The position numbers were made by a program, and so were the translations under genes. Under the pieces are notes generated by a model, which did not search any database, was not told the origin of the DNA, and saw nothing but the letters and a program-made list of their open reading frames with translations. From Candidatus Delongbacteria bacterium (lineage in GTDB: Bacteria; CAIWAD01), in assembly GCA_963663545.1 (NCBI GenBank), contig OY760505.1, positions 1,728,001 through 1,792,000 on the forward strand: DNA of 64,000 nucleotides, given 5' to 3'. Positions 45,238-56,030 of the stretch are shown here, piece by piece; the first letter of the stretch is position 1; each line of letters opens with the position of its first letter.

Positions 45238-46047
45238 TTGAGCGAGCAAACAATCCTACAGGGGCAGGATGGAGTGGAACTCTATAGCCTGCCCCTTTTG
45301 TATGACATCGCCTACGACTGGGATGTAACACGCGAGCTCTGCTTCTTCCTGGAGTGCATGGAGCTCTTCGGTCGTGGTCCCGCAAAACACGTGCTGGAAC
45401 CTGCCTGTGGCACGGGGCGAAACCTGGAAGAGCTGGCGCGAATGGATGTGCGTCTCACAGGTTACGACAACTGTCCAGAAGCCGTGGAGTTTGCTGCGAA
45501 GCGATTGCGCAAGCGGCGTCTTGCGAAGCATGTTGACTTGCACATAGGCGACATGCGAAGCTTTTGCCTTCCTTTGCAGGCAGATGGCGCTTTTAACTCA
45601 ATCAACTCCTTTCGCTATCTCACGACCGACGAAGACGTGCTTGGTCATTTGCGTACTACACGCAAGATGCTGAAACCGGGTGCCGTCTACGTGCTGGATT
45701 TGAGTTACGCCATGCCGCCTCGTCAGCAACCCAAGGTCTACGAGTGGGACAGTGAGCGCGATGGCATCGTGGTAGAAGTGCGTTGGCTGACTCGTGAAGA
45801 CCACAACTCCTCGTTGTCACACGAGGTTTGTGAATTGCGCGTGAACGAGGGCGGCAAAGAGCGACTGATTACAACGCATCACACGACGAGATTGTGGACC
45901 ATAGATGCGTTTGAAAAGCTTGTGACACAGGCGGGTTTTGAAATCATGGCCATCTACACCGGCGCACTGGAAGCCATAAACTGGCGTAACACACACATCG
46001 ATGGTCGCATGGACAATTTGTATCACGTACTACGATCGATAGACTAA
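45238..46047 (+). CDS. Class I SAM-dependent methyltransferase
   Basis: VLEPACGTGR, GDMRSF and LKPGAVYVLD motifs. Confidence 0.88.
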   Translation: MSEQTILQGQDGVELYSLPLLYDIAYDWDVTRELCFFLECMELFGRGPAKHVLEPACGTGRNLEELARMDVRLTGYDNCPEAVEFAAKRLRKRRLAKHVDLHIGDMRSFCLPLQADGAFNSINSFRYLTTDEDVLGHLRTTRKMLKPGAVYVLDLSYAMPPRQQPKVYEWDSERDGIVVEVRWLTREDHNSSLSHEVCELRVNEGGKERLITTHHTTRLWTIDAFEKLVTQAGFEIMAIYTGALEAINWRNTHIDGRMDNLYHVLRSID

Positions 46048-46059
46048 GATCGTGTCGAC

Positions 46060-46524
46060 TCAGGGTTGTAGATCCTCAGCACATAGTGACTCAGCCCCTT
46101 GCCAGTGCCACTCAGCAAAACGCCCTTGTTCGGTGTGACACATGCGCACAAGCAACACCTCGCCGAAGAGCAGATCTAGCGCTGGTAGCGGCCACTCGAC
46201 TACGACAACGACGTTCGCTTCAAGGCTCTCCTCGAAACCAATCTCAACCAATTCGTGCGTATTCTTCAATCGATACAAATCGTAATGATGTAACACGCGA
46301 CTACGGCCAAGTACGTTACAAAGAGCAAAGGTCGGGCTAGTGACAGATTCACTGATGCCAAGGCCTTTGGCAAGACCCTGAGTAAAGCTCGTCTTGCCCG
46401 ATCCCAGTTCGCCAACAAGCAACAAGATGTCGCCCTCTTCCACGAGCGCAGCCAGCTCCTGCCCCAGGTCGCGTGTCGCGTCCAGATCGATCAACTGCCG
46501 ACTACCCGCGTGGCCCCGCTCCAT
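46060..46524 (-). CDS. tsaE: tRNA t6A biosynthesis ATPase TsaE
   Basis: GELGSGKT, VTSPTF, HYDLYRL and VEWP motifs. Confidence 0.95.
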   Translation of the reverse strand: MERGHAGSRQLIDLDATRDLGQELAALVEEGDILLLVGELGSGKTSFTQGLAKGLGISESVTSPTFALCNVLGRSRVLHHYDLYRLKNTHELVEIGFEESLEANVVVVVEWPLPALDLLFGEVLLVRMCHTEQGRFAEWHWQGAESLCAEDLQP

Positions 46525-48083
46525 TAGCGAGGCTCCAGAGTTGCCACCGGTAGTACGACTTCTTCAAGTGATACACCGCCGTGCTGGAAACTGTCCTTGA
46601 AGTGATTCAAGTACTGATTGAAGTTGTTGCCATAAAGAAACATCTGATCTTCAATAGCGAAGGCCATCGTCTCACTGGGCGGTCCGGGCGGCAAGCGCCA
46701 GGCCTGCGGCTTGTCCAGAAAGACGCCACTACGGTCATCTTCTAGACGCAGGTTGCGCCCCACCTTGTAGCGTAAGCCACGGCTTGCATCACGGTCACTG
46801 AAAATGCGTGCGCCGCGCTGCACACGAATGGAGCCGTGATCGCTGGTAATGACAATCGTGTAGCCCTTTTCGCGAAACGCCTGCAGAATGCGATACAAGG
46901 CCGAGTGCCGGAACCAGCTTGAGACAACACTGCGATATGCGGCCTCGTCGGGGACCATCTCGCGCACGATGTCGTTCTGATTGCGGCTGTGTGCCAGAAT
47001 ATCGACGAAGTTCCAAACCATCGATACCAGTGGATGGTTGAAAAGCGAGTCGACCTTTTTGAGAGTGTCGTTTGCTTCGCTCAGGTCGATGATCTTGATG
47101 TACTTATGCTCAGGCTTCAAGGTCACGCCGTTCAACTTGAGCTGGTGATCGAGAAACTGCCGTTCGTGTCGGTTCGTGTTGCCCTCATCGTCCATGTTGC
47201 GGCTCCACATCTCAGAATGCGTGCGCGCAATGTCAGCCGGATACATGCCAGCAAAAATGGCGTTGCGGGAGTAGGGCGTTGCGGTCGGCAGAATCGAAAA
47301 GTGTGTGTCACGTCGAATGCGGAAATCTGACTGTAAAGCGCGCTCCAACACCATCCAATGATCCATGCGCATACAGTCGATGACACAGAAAAGCACACGG
47401 CGATCCTCGCGCAGTAGCGGCAGCAAATACTCGCGGACCACGCCAGGACTCATCACCGGACCGCTTCCGTTTCCGCTGATCCAGTCGGCGTACTCCCGCT
47501 CCAACAGCCGCGCAAACTCGCGATTGCATTCACGGCGCTGATCCGTCAACGTTTGCCGCAGCCCCAGTCCTGGGTGCTGGTCCATTTCCAGCTCCCAACT
47601 GCAGAGATCCTGATGGATCTGTGCGAACTCGTTCCACTGTGCACCCATCGCCATGCGACGACCGACATCGGCCAGTTGGCGCATGTAATCCTCGCTGATG
47701 CGGCGACGTTCTATGCTGCGACGTTCGATAATGCGCTTGCACACTGCAATTATCTGACTGGGATTCACAGGCTTGGTCAGATAATCGTCAATCTGCTGAC
47801 CTATGGCCTGGTCCATCAGCGATTCTTCTTCGCTCTTGGTGATCATCACACAAGGCAGCGCGGGATCGATCTGCTTGATGGCTTCCAGTGTTTCCAGGCC
47901 GGTAAGACCCGGCATCATTTCGTCCAGCAACACCAGGTCGTAGTCGCCTTCGCGCACTTTAATCAGTGCGTCGTCGCCGTTGGCCACCGGTGTGACTTCA
48001 TAGCCCTGCTTTTCAAGAATGAGGATGTGTGGACGCAAGAGGTCGATTTCGTCGTCGGCCCAGAGGATCCGTCTGGCTGTCAT
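46524..48083 (-). CDS. porX: PorX-like response regulator (receiver + PglZ/alkaline phosphatase domain)
   Basis: ILWADDEIDLLRPHI, MITKSEEE, ILPTATPYSRNAIFAG, TSDHG and FQHGGVSLEE motifs; adjacent to tsaE as in Bacteroidota. Confidence 0.9.
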   Translation of the reverse strand: MTARRILWADDEIDLLRPHILILEKQGYEVTPVANGDDALIKVREGDYDLVLLDEMMPGLTGLETLEAIKQIDPALPCVMITKSEEESLMDQAIGQQIDDYLTKPVNPSQIIAVCKRIIERRSIERRRISEDYMRQLADVGRRMAMGAQWNEFAQIHQDLCSWELEMDQHPGLGLRQTLTDQRRECNREFARLLEREYADWISGNGSGPVMSPGVVREYLLPLLREDRRVLFCVIDCMRMDHWMVLERALQSDFRIRRDTHFSILPTATPYSRNAIFAGMYPADIARTHSEMWSRNMDDEGNTNRHERQFLDHQLKLNGVTLKPEHKYIKIIDLSEANDTLKKVDSLFNHPLVSMVWNFVDILAHSRNQNDIVREMVPDEAAYRSVVSSWFRHSALYRILQAFREKGYTIVITSDHGSIRVQRGARIFSDRDASRGLRYKVGRNLRLEDDRSGVFLDKPQAWRLPPGPPSETMAFAIEDQMFLYGNNFNQYLNHFKDSFQHGGVSLEEVVLPVATLEPR

Positions 48084-48178
48084 GATTCTCCCTTGGTGTT
48101 ATCCGCTACAAACTGGAACCAGCAGTCGATAGGATCTCCTCAGAATGGCTGCTATACAAGTGGGCTGATTCACAAGGG

Positions 48179-49012
48179 TTATCGGCTTTGCGACAGCCAG
48201 CAATCCAGCGTCGAACCGTTGTTTCCCGCTTCCGGTTCCCCGCACAGGCGCACAAGCTCGCTCACGAGCCCACGATAGGCCGGAAGGAGTTCCGCGCGTT
48301 GCCCGGCCAACCAGCTGAGATGACGCGCCACTGTCCCACGATCGCCACGGCGCACTGGCCCCGAAAGGCCCTCTACTGGACCGCGAGCTAACAAGTTTTC
48401 CAATGCACTTCGCATCAACTCCGGTGCAAAGCGATCCAAATCCTGCTCCGGGCCAGGCCAGCAACGAGCTGCCAGCGACCAGAGTGCTGGAAGCATGTTC
48501 GCCAGCAAGGTGCAGGCAATATGATAGGGGATCTGCTCGCTTGGATCCAGCTCCAACAGGTGAGCTCCCGCAGGTAGTAAGTCACGCACCCAATCAGCGC
48601 GATCGACATCACCGCAAAAGGTCCAGTTGTGGATGGTGTCATCCGTTCTGCCTTCCACAAGGCTTTGGGCGGGATGCAACAGGCCAACGCTCATACCACG
48701 ACCGCGCAGGGCATGCAAATCACTCAAAGGGGCTGAAGCCGATAGCTGCAGAGCAACACTCGCCCGAATGCGCGGCGACAGCCCCGCAGCTACTGTGGCG
48801 TAGGCATCGTCCGGCACAGCTAGCAGCAACAAATCCACGTCCAGCACATCGGGCAAAGCCGCCGTGAGATTCTGTCCAGCCAGCGTAGTGCCAGCCTTTT
48901 GCGGATCGCAAGCTGCCACCAAACGACCTCCCGCGCGGAGGAGTTCGTGTATCACAGCGCACCCCGCCGGGCCTGCGCCAACCAGAGCGATGGTTCTGCC
49001 GGACATGGTCAA
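48179..49012 (-). CDS. Rossmann-like/DUF2520 protein
   Basis: GAGPAG, LAVPDD, HPAQS, YH and LSGPVRRGDRGTVARHL motifs. Confidence 0.85.
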   Translation of the reverse strand: MTMSGRTIALVGAGPAGCAVIHELLRAGGRLVAACDPQKAGTTLAGQNLTAALPDVLDVDLLLLAVPDDAYATVAAGLSPRIRASVALQLSASAPLSDLHALRGRGMSVGLLHPAQSLVEGRTDDTIHNWTFCGDVDRADWVRDLLPAGAHLLELDPSEQIPYHIACTLLANMLPALWSLAARCWPGPEQDLDRFAPELMRSALENLLARGPVEGLSGPVRRGDRGTVARHLSWLAGQRAELLPAYRGLVSELVRLCGEPEAGNNGSTLDCWLSQSR

Positions 49013-49875
49013 GCTCCGTCCCTGATCAAGGCAGCCGCATAGCCGACGACACTCTGAGTTTCGCCGGTTACACTGGCGCTGGTACGATAGTCGAGCAACG
49101 TTGCCGAAGGCGAGTTCATGGTTCGCTGCGCCCAGCGCATTAGCGCTACAACGCCACCACCACCGCAGGCTTCACAGCTACGAAGCTGCATCTCTCGCGC
49201 AAGGCTGGCGTGATCCAAATCTTCCACCTGCTGCAGAAAGCGCTCATCTAGACGTTGTGCATCACGCAGATTGTGAAAGTGCGAGAGGTCGGTAGAAGCG
49301 ATCACAAGTGTCGGCACATCATCCGCACAGCTGGCTAGCGCATCTACTAGCGCATCGATTAGCTCCGTACGCTGGTGACCGATGCTCAGCGGCACCAGTT
49401 TGGTCTCTCCCAGGAGATGCTGCAGAAAAGGCAGTTGCAGTTCCAGGCTGTGCTCGTGTCGGTGCCCGTCACTGCCGGCTTTGATGTGATCCGAGACGAG
49501 AAGCAAGCGCTCACAAAACTCGCCGTCCACGGTCAATTCGCCCAGGGGAGTTTTCCAGGCTGCGCGGCCTTCTGTGTGATGCCACAGACTGATATGGTCA
49601 AAGAATTCCTGATGCGACGGAGCCAGTACAACTACCCGGCCAGGCTTCCATTCCCCCAGCACCGAGTAGGCGCAGGCCGCCGTAACACCGGAAAACTGAT
49701 ACCCTGCATGGGGCGCCATCAAACCGGCTGACTTTGTATCACATCTAAGGCGTGGGTTCTCGGGGTACGTATCATTCGCGACGCGAAAGCACTCTTTCAG
49801 AACGGCACGCAGTTCGGCGGGTTCATCCGGATACCAGCTTCCAGCCATTTGAGACTCTCGTATCCACTCGCTCAT
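49009..49875 (-). CDS. MEMO1-family protein (AmmeMemoRadiSam protein B)
   Basis: AGSWYP, PHAGYQFSG, EHSLELQLPFLQ, STDLSHF, CG and VVGYAA motifs. Confidence 0.9.
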   Translation of the reverse strand: MSEWIRESQMAGSWYPDEPAELRAVLKECFRVANDTYPENPRLRCDTKSAGLMAPHAGYQFSGVTAACAYSVLGEWKPGRVVVLAPSHQEFFDHISLWHHTEGRAAWKTPLGELTVDGEFCERLLLVSDHIKAGSDGHRHEHSLELQLPFLQHLLGETKLVPLSIGHQRTELIDALVDALASCADDVPTLVIASTDLSHFHNLRDAQRLDERFLQQVEDLDHASLAREMQLRSCEACGGGGVVALMRWAQRTMNSPSATLLDYRTSASVTGETQSVVGYAAALIRDGA

Positions 49876-49956
49876 GATTATCTCCACCTGCCAACACTTC
49901 GCAACACCAACGGGCAGGAAAGCACTGTATCACGTCCGGCTTTGACAACAGGAACT

Positions 49957-51243
49957 CTATCGCACCCGCGGCACCGGCAACAGTTCTTCTCTGCGTGGGC
50001 CCGTTGACACATACTCCACTGGCACTCCCATGCGAGCTTCGAGACCGCGAACGTAATCTTGCGCCTCGGGGGGCAGCTCGGTGAAGGCTGTCACTCCGGC
50101 TGTGCGTCCAGGCCAACCAGGAACGGTCTCGTACACGGGCTTCACCTCTTCCTCCAGCAGGCGCAAATCTTCTGGCATTTCGTGATACACGGTTCCGTTG
50201 ATCTCGTAGGCGCTGCAGATTTTGATCTCGTCCATACCATCCAGGATGTCAAGCTTTGTGATCACAACTCCAGTGAAGCCGTTCAATCTCGCTGCGTAGC
50301 GAGCGGCAACCTCATCAAACCAGCCGCAACGACGGGGACGTCCGGTTGTAGCACCAAACTCGCCAGCCAGCTTGCGGAACTCGTCTGCGAAACCTCCTGC
50401 GGGAAATTCCGTGGGAAAGGGGCCGTTGCCTACGCGTGTCACATAGGCTTTGAAGATGCCGACAACCTGGTCCACAGCAGTTGGCGGAATACCTCCACCG
50501 GTGCAAGCTCCGCCAGCCACAGGGCTGGTAGAAGTAACAAAGGGGTAAGTGCCCCAATCAATATCCAGCAACGTTCCCTGTGCACCCTCCATCAGAACCC
50601 GCTCACCTGCGCAATGCAGTTTCCAGAGTGGAAGCTGCGTATCACCAACGAACGGACGAAGCGCGTCAGAAGCCAAACGGCATTTCTCCAACAAACCATC
50701 TCGATCAATTGTATCACAGCGAAGTACACGAAGCTGCTCGTTGATACGTGGCAACAGACTGTCAAGAAGACTGCCCAGTCGCTGCTCGTCTAAAATATCG
50801 CCCAGCCGTACACCGCGACGCTCCGCCTTGTGCATGGCGCAAGGGCCGATTCCGCGACGAGTAGTGCCAATGGCGACAGTACCTTCGCGATCTTCTCCCG
50901 CAGCATCCAGCAAACGATGCCAGGGCATGATAATGTGACACGAAGGAGAAACAACCAGATTGCTTGTGTCACAGCCAGCGGCACCAAGTGTTGCGATCTC
51001 CTCCATCAGCTCCCAGGGATCCAACAAGACGCCAGGGGCAATGGCACAGAGTACTCCGCTGTGTAAAATGCCAGTAGGCACTTGATGTAGCACAAGCTTC
51101 TGATCGCCGTGATACACAGTGTGTCCAGCATTTGGTCCGCCCTGATAGCGAACAACCGCCTTGACACCAGGAACAAGAGTATCCACCAATTTACCCTTGC
51201 CCTCATCGCCCCACTGTCCGCCGACCAATACTGTTACTGGCAT
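49957..51243 (-). CDS. purA: Adenylosuccinate synthetase
   Basis: QWGDEGKGK, GGPNAGHT, EGAQG and FGATTGRPRRCGW motifs; ATG at 51243. Confidence 0.97.
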   Translation of the reverse strand: MPVTVLVGGQWGDEGKGKLVDTLVPGVKAVVRYQGGPNAGHTVYHGDQKLVLHQVPTGILHSGVLCAIAPGVLLDPWELMEEIATLGAAGCDTSNLVVSPSCHIIMPWHRLLDAAGEDREGTVAIGTTRRGIGPCAMHKAERRGVRLGDILDEQRLGSLLDSLLPRINEQLRVLRCDTIDRDGLLEKCRLASDALRPFVGDTQLPLWKLHCAGERVLMEGAQGTLLDIDWGTYPFVTSTSPVAGGACTGGGIPPTAVDQVVGIFKAYVTRVGNGPFPTEFPAGGFADEFRKLAGEFGATTGRPRRCGWFDEVAARYAARLNGFTGVVITKLDILDGMDEIKICSAYEINGTVYHEMPEDLRLLEEEVKPVYETVPGWPGRTAGVTAFTELPPEAQDYVRGLEARMGVPVEYVSTGPRREELLPVPRVR

Positions 51244-51252
51244 GAGACCCCC

Positions 51253-51282
51253 AAATAAAAAGCTCCGGCAAGGTGCCGGAGC
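51253..51282 (-). terminator. Terminator-like hairpin just upstream of purA
   Basis: GCTCCGGCA-CCT-TGCCGGAGC followed by TTTTTATTT on the minus strand. Confidence 0.7.
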
Positions 51283-51355
51283 CTTGAACAATCAGTGTAT
51301 CACCACGTCTTCGCTTCTCCAAACCTTGGCGGATTGAAGCGCAAATGGCAGTGGG

Positions 51356-52252
51356 TTACTTCTTCCTGCTAACCTGACGATCATGCCACTCGATCAGCAC
51401 TGGCGAAGCGACGAAGACCGACGAGTACGTACCCACGATAACGCCCAACATCAGCGCAAAGACCATATTGTGCAGCGAGTCTCCGCCAAAGATAAAAAGC
51501 ACGACCACTACGAACAAGGTGGTCAAAGACGTCAGAAGCGTACGACTCAGCGTCTGGTTGATGCTCGTATTCACGGTTGACTTATAACCCGTGCCGCGCA
51601 TCTTCTTCACGTTTTCACGAATACGATCGTAGACCACGATGGTATCGTTCAACGAATAACCGACGATGGTAAGCACAGCGGCAATAATGGGCAGACTGAT
51701 CTCGATTTTGAAGAGCGAGAAAATGCCCAGTGTCACCAGCACATCGTGAACCAAGGCCAGCAGTGCACCGACGGCGTACATGAACTCGAAGCGCACGGTA
51801 ATGTAGATTACTACCAGCACCATGGCCCACAACACGGCCCAGGTCGCGTCCCAGCGCAGCTCTTCGCCAACGCGCGGACCGATCTTGTTCATACTGCGCA
51901 GTTCGTGCGGATTGTTGGGAAAACCCTCCGTCAAGGCGGCTTCCACATCGTTATGCTCGTGACCTTCTTCGGTCTGCAGCTTGATCATCCACTCATCATG
52001 CGACCCGTCGCCCGTAAGCGAGGTGACTTCAACCGGCAGGTTGTGTCCGACCAAGCAATCACGCAAGTCGCCTTCGGTGATGTGCTGATCGAAACGATAC
52101 TGTAGCTCGGTACCACCCGTGAAGTCGATGCTGGTCTCGAAGCCGCGAAAGAGGATCGAAGCCAAGCCAATCAGGATGATGATACCCGACACCGACAGAG
52201 CGATAAAACGCGCTCCGACGAAGTTGATGTTGGTCTCTTTAAAGATTTGCAT
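51356..52252 (-). CDS. secF: Protein translocase subunit SecF
   Basis: IDFTGG, GYSLNDTIVVYDRIRE, QTLSRT and GTYSS motifs. Confidence 0.96.
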   Translation of the reverse strand: MQIFKETNINFVGARFIALSVSGIIILIGLASILFRGFETSIDFTGGTELQYRFDQHITEGDLRDCLVGHNLPVEVTSLTGDGSHDEWMIKLQTEEGHEHNDVEAALTEGFPNNPHELRSMNKIGPRVGEELRWDATWAVLWAMVLVVIYITVRFEFMYAVGALLALVHDVLVTLGIFSLFKIEISLPIIAAVLTIVGYSLNDTIVVYDRIRENVKKMRGTGYKSTVNTSINQTLSRTLLTSLTTLFVVVVLFIFGGDSLHNMVFALMLGVIVGTYSSVFVASPVLIEWHDRQVSRKK

Positions 52253-52261
52253 GGCTCAACC

Positions 52262-54181
52262 TCAGATACTCAGCTTCGCTGACTTGTTGTCGTAATCCGT
52301 CAGCATATCAAAGAGCAGGCGGGTTACCACAACGGCGGTGTACATGGAGCAGGCGATACCGATCATCAGCGTCAGCGCGAAGCCGCGAATCGGACCGGAA
52401 CCGAACTGATACAGCACCACACCGGCAATCAGGGTTGTGACGTTGGCGTCAACGATAGTACGGAAGGCAGAGCTGTAACCGGCTTCCACAGCCGACCGCA
52501 CCGTCTTGCCCGCTCGTAGCTCTTCCTTGATGCGTTCCAGGATGAGCACGTTGGCGTCCACCGCCATACCAATGGTCAGCACGATACCGGCGATACCCGG
52601 CAGGGTCAGCGTGGCATTGAATCCGGCCAGAATGGCAAGGATGAAAAGCATGTTCAGCAACAAGGCTATAACAGCTCCCACACCCGACTTCTTGTAGAAG
52701 ACCATCATGAAGAGAATCACCATGACAAAACCCAGCACGGCCGAGAAGGCGCCCTTCTGCACGGACTCAAGACCCAGGCTGGGTCCAACCGTCCGCTCTT
52801 CCACCGGCTTGACCGTGGACGGCAAGGCACCGTGGCGCAGCAGGTTGGCCAGTTCTTTGGCCTCATCGATGCTGTCCAGACCCTCAATGATCGCGCGGCC
52901 ATTGGGAATCTTGCTACGAATGTTTGGGGCCATGAACACCCTGTCATCCAGCACAATGGCCAGACGGCGGTTGATGTTATCACCCGTGACACGCGCAAAG
53001 ATGCGGGCACCATCGTTGTTGAGCTCAAGCTCGACGATGGAAGCACCAGCGTTTCCAGTGTTGTAGCCCTGATCGATGTTGACGCCAGCAGTCTTCAGAT
53101 ACTTGCCAGACAACTCGGCCTGGGTGCGCACCATGAAGAGCTCGGCATACTCGCGCTCGCCCATGGACTCGGTACGACCGAAGAGGAATTCGCTACCCGG
53201 CGGGATCAGCTCCTGGATGGCCGGCGTCTCGAGAATCTCAACCAGATCCTCGCGATTCTCTGCCGGAACCAGATAGCTGTTGCGGCCTTGCATGACCACC
53301 ATCAGCGAGTACAGCGGATTTTCCGTGTCCTCGGCCAGATCAGTGGTTCCAGCATCAGCTGCCAGCGGATCGAAGTCCTCAACGCTGTCACCCTTGGCAA
53401 CCTTAGCGCTATCCTCCGCCGTGGGCGCAGACAGGCTTGCGGTCTCCGCGGGAACCTCGCTTCCGTCTCCAACTGCCTCGGCCAACTCTGCAGCCGCAGC
53501 GCCCTGCTCACCATGTACTGGATGGTTGCGCAGGTAGTCGTTGATGGATTCGAGCACCATGTTGGTCTTCGCGACCTCTTCCACCAGTTTGAACTCAAGC
53601 AGCGCCGTACGGCCAATCATGCGACGGGCCGCTTCGGGATCGTTCACACCGGCCAGTTCGACCACAATGCGGCGATTGCCCTGCTTGGTGATGGAAGGTT
53701 CCTGAAGACCGGAACCGTCGACGCGGTTACGCAGAATGACCAGCGAGTTGTCCACTGCTTCAATGGCCTGCTGCCTGAGATCAGTAATGATCTCGTCATT
53801 GGTCTGATGCAGGTCACCGAAGTACTCGTGGAGCTGAACATCGGCAAACTCACTCTGAAACTCGGACCAGAAGTCGGAAGTGGCCGTCAGCTTGTTCTGC
53901 AGCTCAGTGATGTGAGCCTCGAACCGGCTGTCCTTGTTGTCCGCAAGTCCGCGGACCAACTCCACCATGTCGACTTCAAGTACGACACGCATACCGCCCT
54001 GCAGGTCCAAACCCTGCTTGATGGAATTGCTGCGCAGACTCACCTGGGCTTCACGATCCAAGGCATCAAAGCTTGCCTGGTCAATGGTAGCCAGTCGGAT
54101 GGTCGGGTAGATCTTCCAGGCAGCCAGTGCAACCAGCAGTCCCAGGATGATCCAGCGCAGTCTGTTGTTCTGTTGACGCAT
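52262..54181 (-). CDS. secD: Protein translocase subunit SecD
   Basis: GLDLQGG, VGPSLG, TLPGIAG and GMAVDANV motifs; acidic insertion in the periplasmic domain; probable ATG at 54181. Confidence 0.96.
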   Translation of the reverse strand: MRQQNNRLRWIILGLLVALAAWKIYPTIRLATIDQASFDALDREAQVSLRSNSIKQGLDLQGGMRVVLEVDMVELVRGLADNKDSRFEAHITELQNKLTATSDFWSEFQSEFADVQLHEYFGDLHQTNDEIITDLRQQAIEAVDNSLVILRNRVDGSGLQEPSITKQGNRRIVVELAGVNDPEAARRMIGRTALLEFKLVEEVAKTNMVLESINDYLRNHPVHGEQGAAAAELAEAVGDGSEVPAETASLSAPTAEDSAKVAKGDSVEDFDPLAADAGTTDLAEDTENPLYSLMVVMQGRNSYLVPAENREDLVEILETPAIQELIPPGSEFLFGRTESMGEREYAELFMVRTQAELSGKYLKTAGVNIDQGYNTGNAGASIVELELNNDGARIFARVTGDNINRRLAIVLDDRVFMAPNIRSKIPNGRAIIEGLDSIDEAKELANLLRHGALPSTVKPVEERTVGPSLGLESVQKGAFSAVLGFVMVILFMMVFYKKSGVGAVIALLLNMLFILAILAGFNATLTLPGIAGIVLTIGMAVDANVLILERIKEELRAGKTVRSAVEAGYSSAFRTIVDANVTTLIAGVVLYQFGSGPIRGFALTLMIGIACSMYTAVVVTRLLFDMLTDYDNKSAKLSI

Positions 54182-54300
54182 TGAGTTCAATGCCTCCGAA
54201 CTCGACAAAGCTGTAAAATTTGCAAACAAGTAAGTTAGCGCAGCTAACAACGAGAGTCAACTCGATCCAAAGCAACCGACAACATATCAGGAGCGAGTCG

Positions 54301-54882
54301 ATGAGCGACCGGAATACAAACCCGTGGACGATAAAGAGTAGCAAGGAACTGCTACTCACGCCGTGGTTCCGTATGCGACAGGACGCTGTCCTTGACCCGT
54401 CCGGAAAGCCGGGCACCTACTTCGTCATCGAAGCACGTCCCGCTCTGGGCGTGGTCGCGCTAACCGCGCGTAACACAATAGTTCTTGTTGGCCAGTACCG
54501 CTACCCCCTCAATGCGTGGTCTTGGGAGATTCCGGAAGGTGGCGGCGAACCGGGCGAAGACCTGCAGACCGCTGCGGCCCGCGAGCTGGCCGAAGAGACC
54601 GGCTACCAGGCGACAGTGTGGGAAAAGCTTGGCCATGTGCACACCTCAAACTGCTTCACCAATGAGACCGGTTACATTTTTCTTGCCCGCGAACTTGTCG
54701 CGGGCGAGGCCAGACCCGATTCAACCGAGAAGCTGGAGGTGATAGAGGTCGGCCTGAAGGAGGCGCTAGCGATGATCCGCCATGGCGAGATAACCGATGC
54801 AATTTCTGTGGCCGCTCTGTATTTCTACCGTGACCGGCTTGAGCAGTGCGACTCCGAGAACGCAACAACACTTGCCAGGTAA
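54301..54882 (+). CDS. NUDIX hydrolase (ADP-ribose pyrophosphatase-like)
   Basis: QYRYP and WEIPEGG...AARELAEETG (Nudix box). Confidence 0.92.
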   Translation: MSDRNTNPWTIKSSKELLLTPWFRMRQDAVLDPSGKPGTYFVIEARPALGVVALTARNTIVLVGQYRYPLNAWSWEIPEGGGEPGEDLQTAAARELAEETGYQATVWEKLGHVHTSNCFTNETGYIFLARELVAGEARPDSTEKLEVIEVGLKEALAMIRHGEITDAISVAALYFYRDRLEQCDSENATTLAR

Positions 54883-54930
54883 CTGGCGTCATTTGCTATA
54901 CTGTTGCGTTGCTGTTAAAACGGAGAAGGA

Positions 54931-55788
54931 ATGGCCCAGGAGAAGAACAGAGTATCCCGCACTTCGGCATCCCTCCAGCGTGTGCTGGTTGTTGCAGCCC
55001 AACTGGGCGGGATGGCGATTCTGGTTTTCCTGGCCACCAGGCTCTTCACGGATATCGGTTCGCAGCGAATCATCAACGACAACGTGCGATTGCAGCGTCT
55101 GCTGACCAAGGCCAACTCGCGCCTTGACCTGCTGGAAAATCTCGTAGACAGCCTGCAGACTACCGATCACCACTTGCGACAGTTGGCCAACCTAGAGCCC
55201 ATCTCCGACGATGTGCGCCGCATGGGTGTCGGTGGAACCGTATACGAAGGCTGGCCGCTTGTTTATGATGATATCGACCTTAGCTCACTGGACCAGATTG
55301 AGCGTGAGACACAGCTTCTTGGCCGCAGCCTCGAGGAAGTGGGTTCCGCGTTAACGCAGCACCTGGAAGAGCTGGCGCACATCCCGACCGTTCGCCCGGT
55401 CAAAGAAGGCTTTGTTAGCTCCGGTTACGGCTATCGCCTGGACCCGTTTACCAATCGCCGCCGCATGCATCGGGGCATTGATTTTCAAGCTCCCATCGGA
55501 ACCCCTGTCATCGCCCCCGCCGACGGTCGCGTTGTCCAAGCCAACCGAGTTTCCGGCTTCGGTCGCGTAATCAAGCTTGATCACGGTAACGGAATCGTCA
55601 CAGTGTATGCGCACCTGGCGCGCTATTCCGTTCGCGTTGGCCAGCAGATAACACGCGGCGAGCGTATTGGCGACGTGGGGAATTCAGGTCGATCCACGGG
55701 TCCGCACCTGCATTATGAGGTGCATGTCGATGGCCGCCACACCAATCCGCAGGACTTCATCCACGACGAATACGCCAACCTCGACTGA
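54931..55788 (+). CDS. M23 family peptidoglycan endopeptidase
   Basis: N-terminal TM and coiled coil; HRGID, YAHL and STGPHLHYEV motifs. Confidence 0.93.
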   Translation: MAQEKNRVSRTSASLQRVLVVAAQLGGMAILVFLATRLFTDIGSQRIINDNVRLQRLLTKANSRLDLLENLVDSLQTTDHHLRQLANLEPISDDVRRMGVGGTVYEGWPLVYDDIDLSSLDQIERETQLLGRSLEEVGSALTQHLEELAHIPTVRPVKEGFVSSGYGYRLDPFTNRRRMHRGIDFQAPIGTPVIAPADGRVVQANRVSGFGRVIKLDHGNGIVTVYAHLARYSVRVGQQITRGERIGDVGNSGRSTGPHLHYEVHVDGRHTNPQDFIHDEYANLD

Positions 55789-55914
55789 CACTCCTGCCAT
55801 CCCCGTCATCCTCTGCCACGATTACCTGTCGCACTTGTCATGACATGGCAGCCAACTTGCAGGAGTTCCACCTCATTATGATTATCATTCTTGTAAATTA
55901 TTGACTTACGATTT

Positions 55915-55929
55915 TGGCACACGTCTTGC
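55915..55929 (+). promoter_or_regulatory. sigma54 -24/-12 promoter
   Basis: TGGCACACGTCTTGC (GG-N10-GC). Confidence 0.8.
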
Positions 55930-56030
55930 CTAGTCTTAGGCAAGGCCGACGGTGGCAGTAGGATGGCAAAACTACCTCCCCGCCGAAGGCCCCAACTGAC
56001 AATCAATAACTGAATAGAAGGAGGATCACC

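Noticed and set aside
52832..54184. 450-aa plus-strand ORF
   Set aside because: Antisense shadow of secD caused by codon bias; no motifs.
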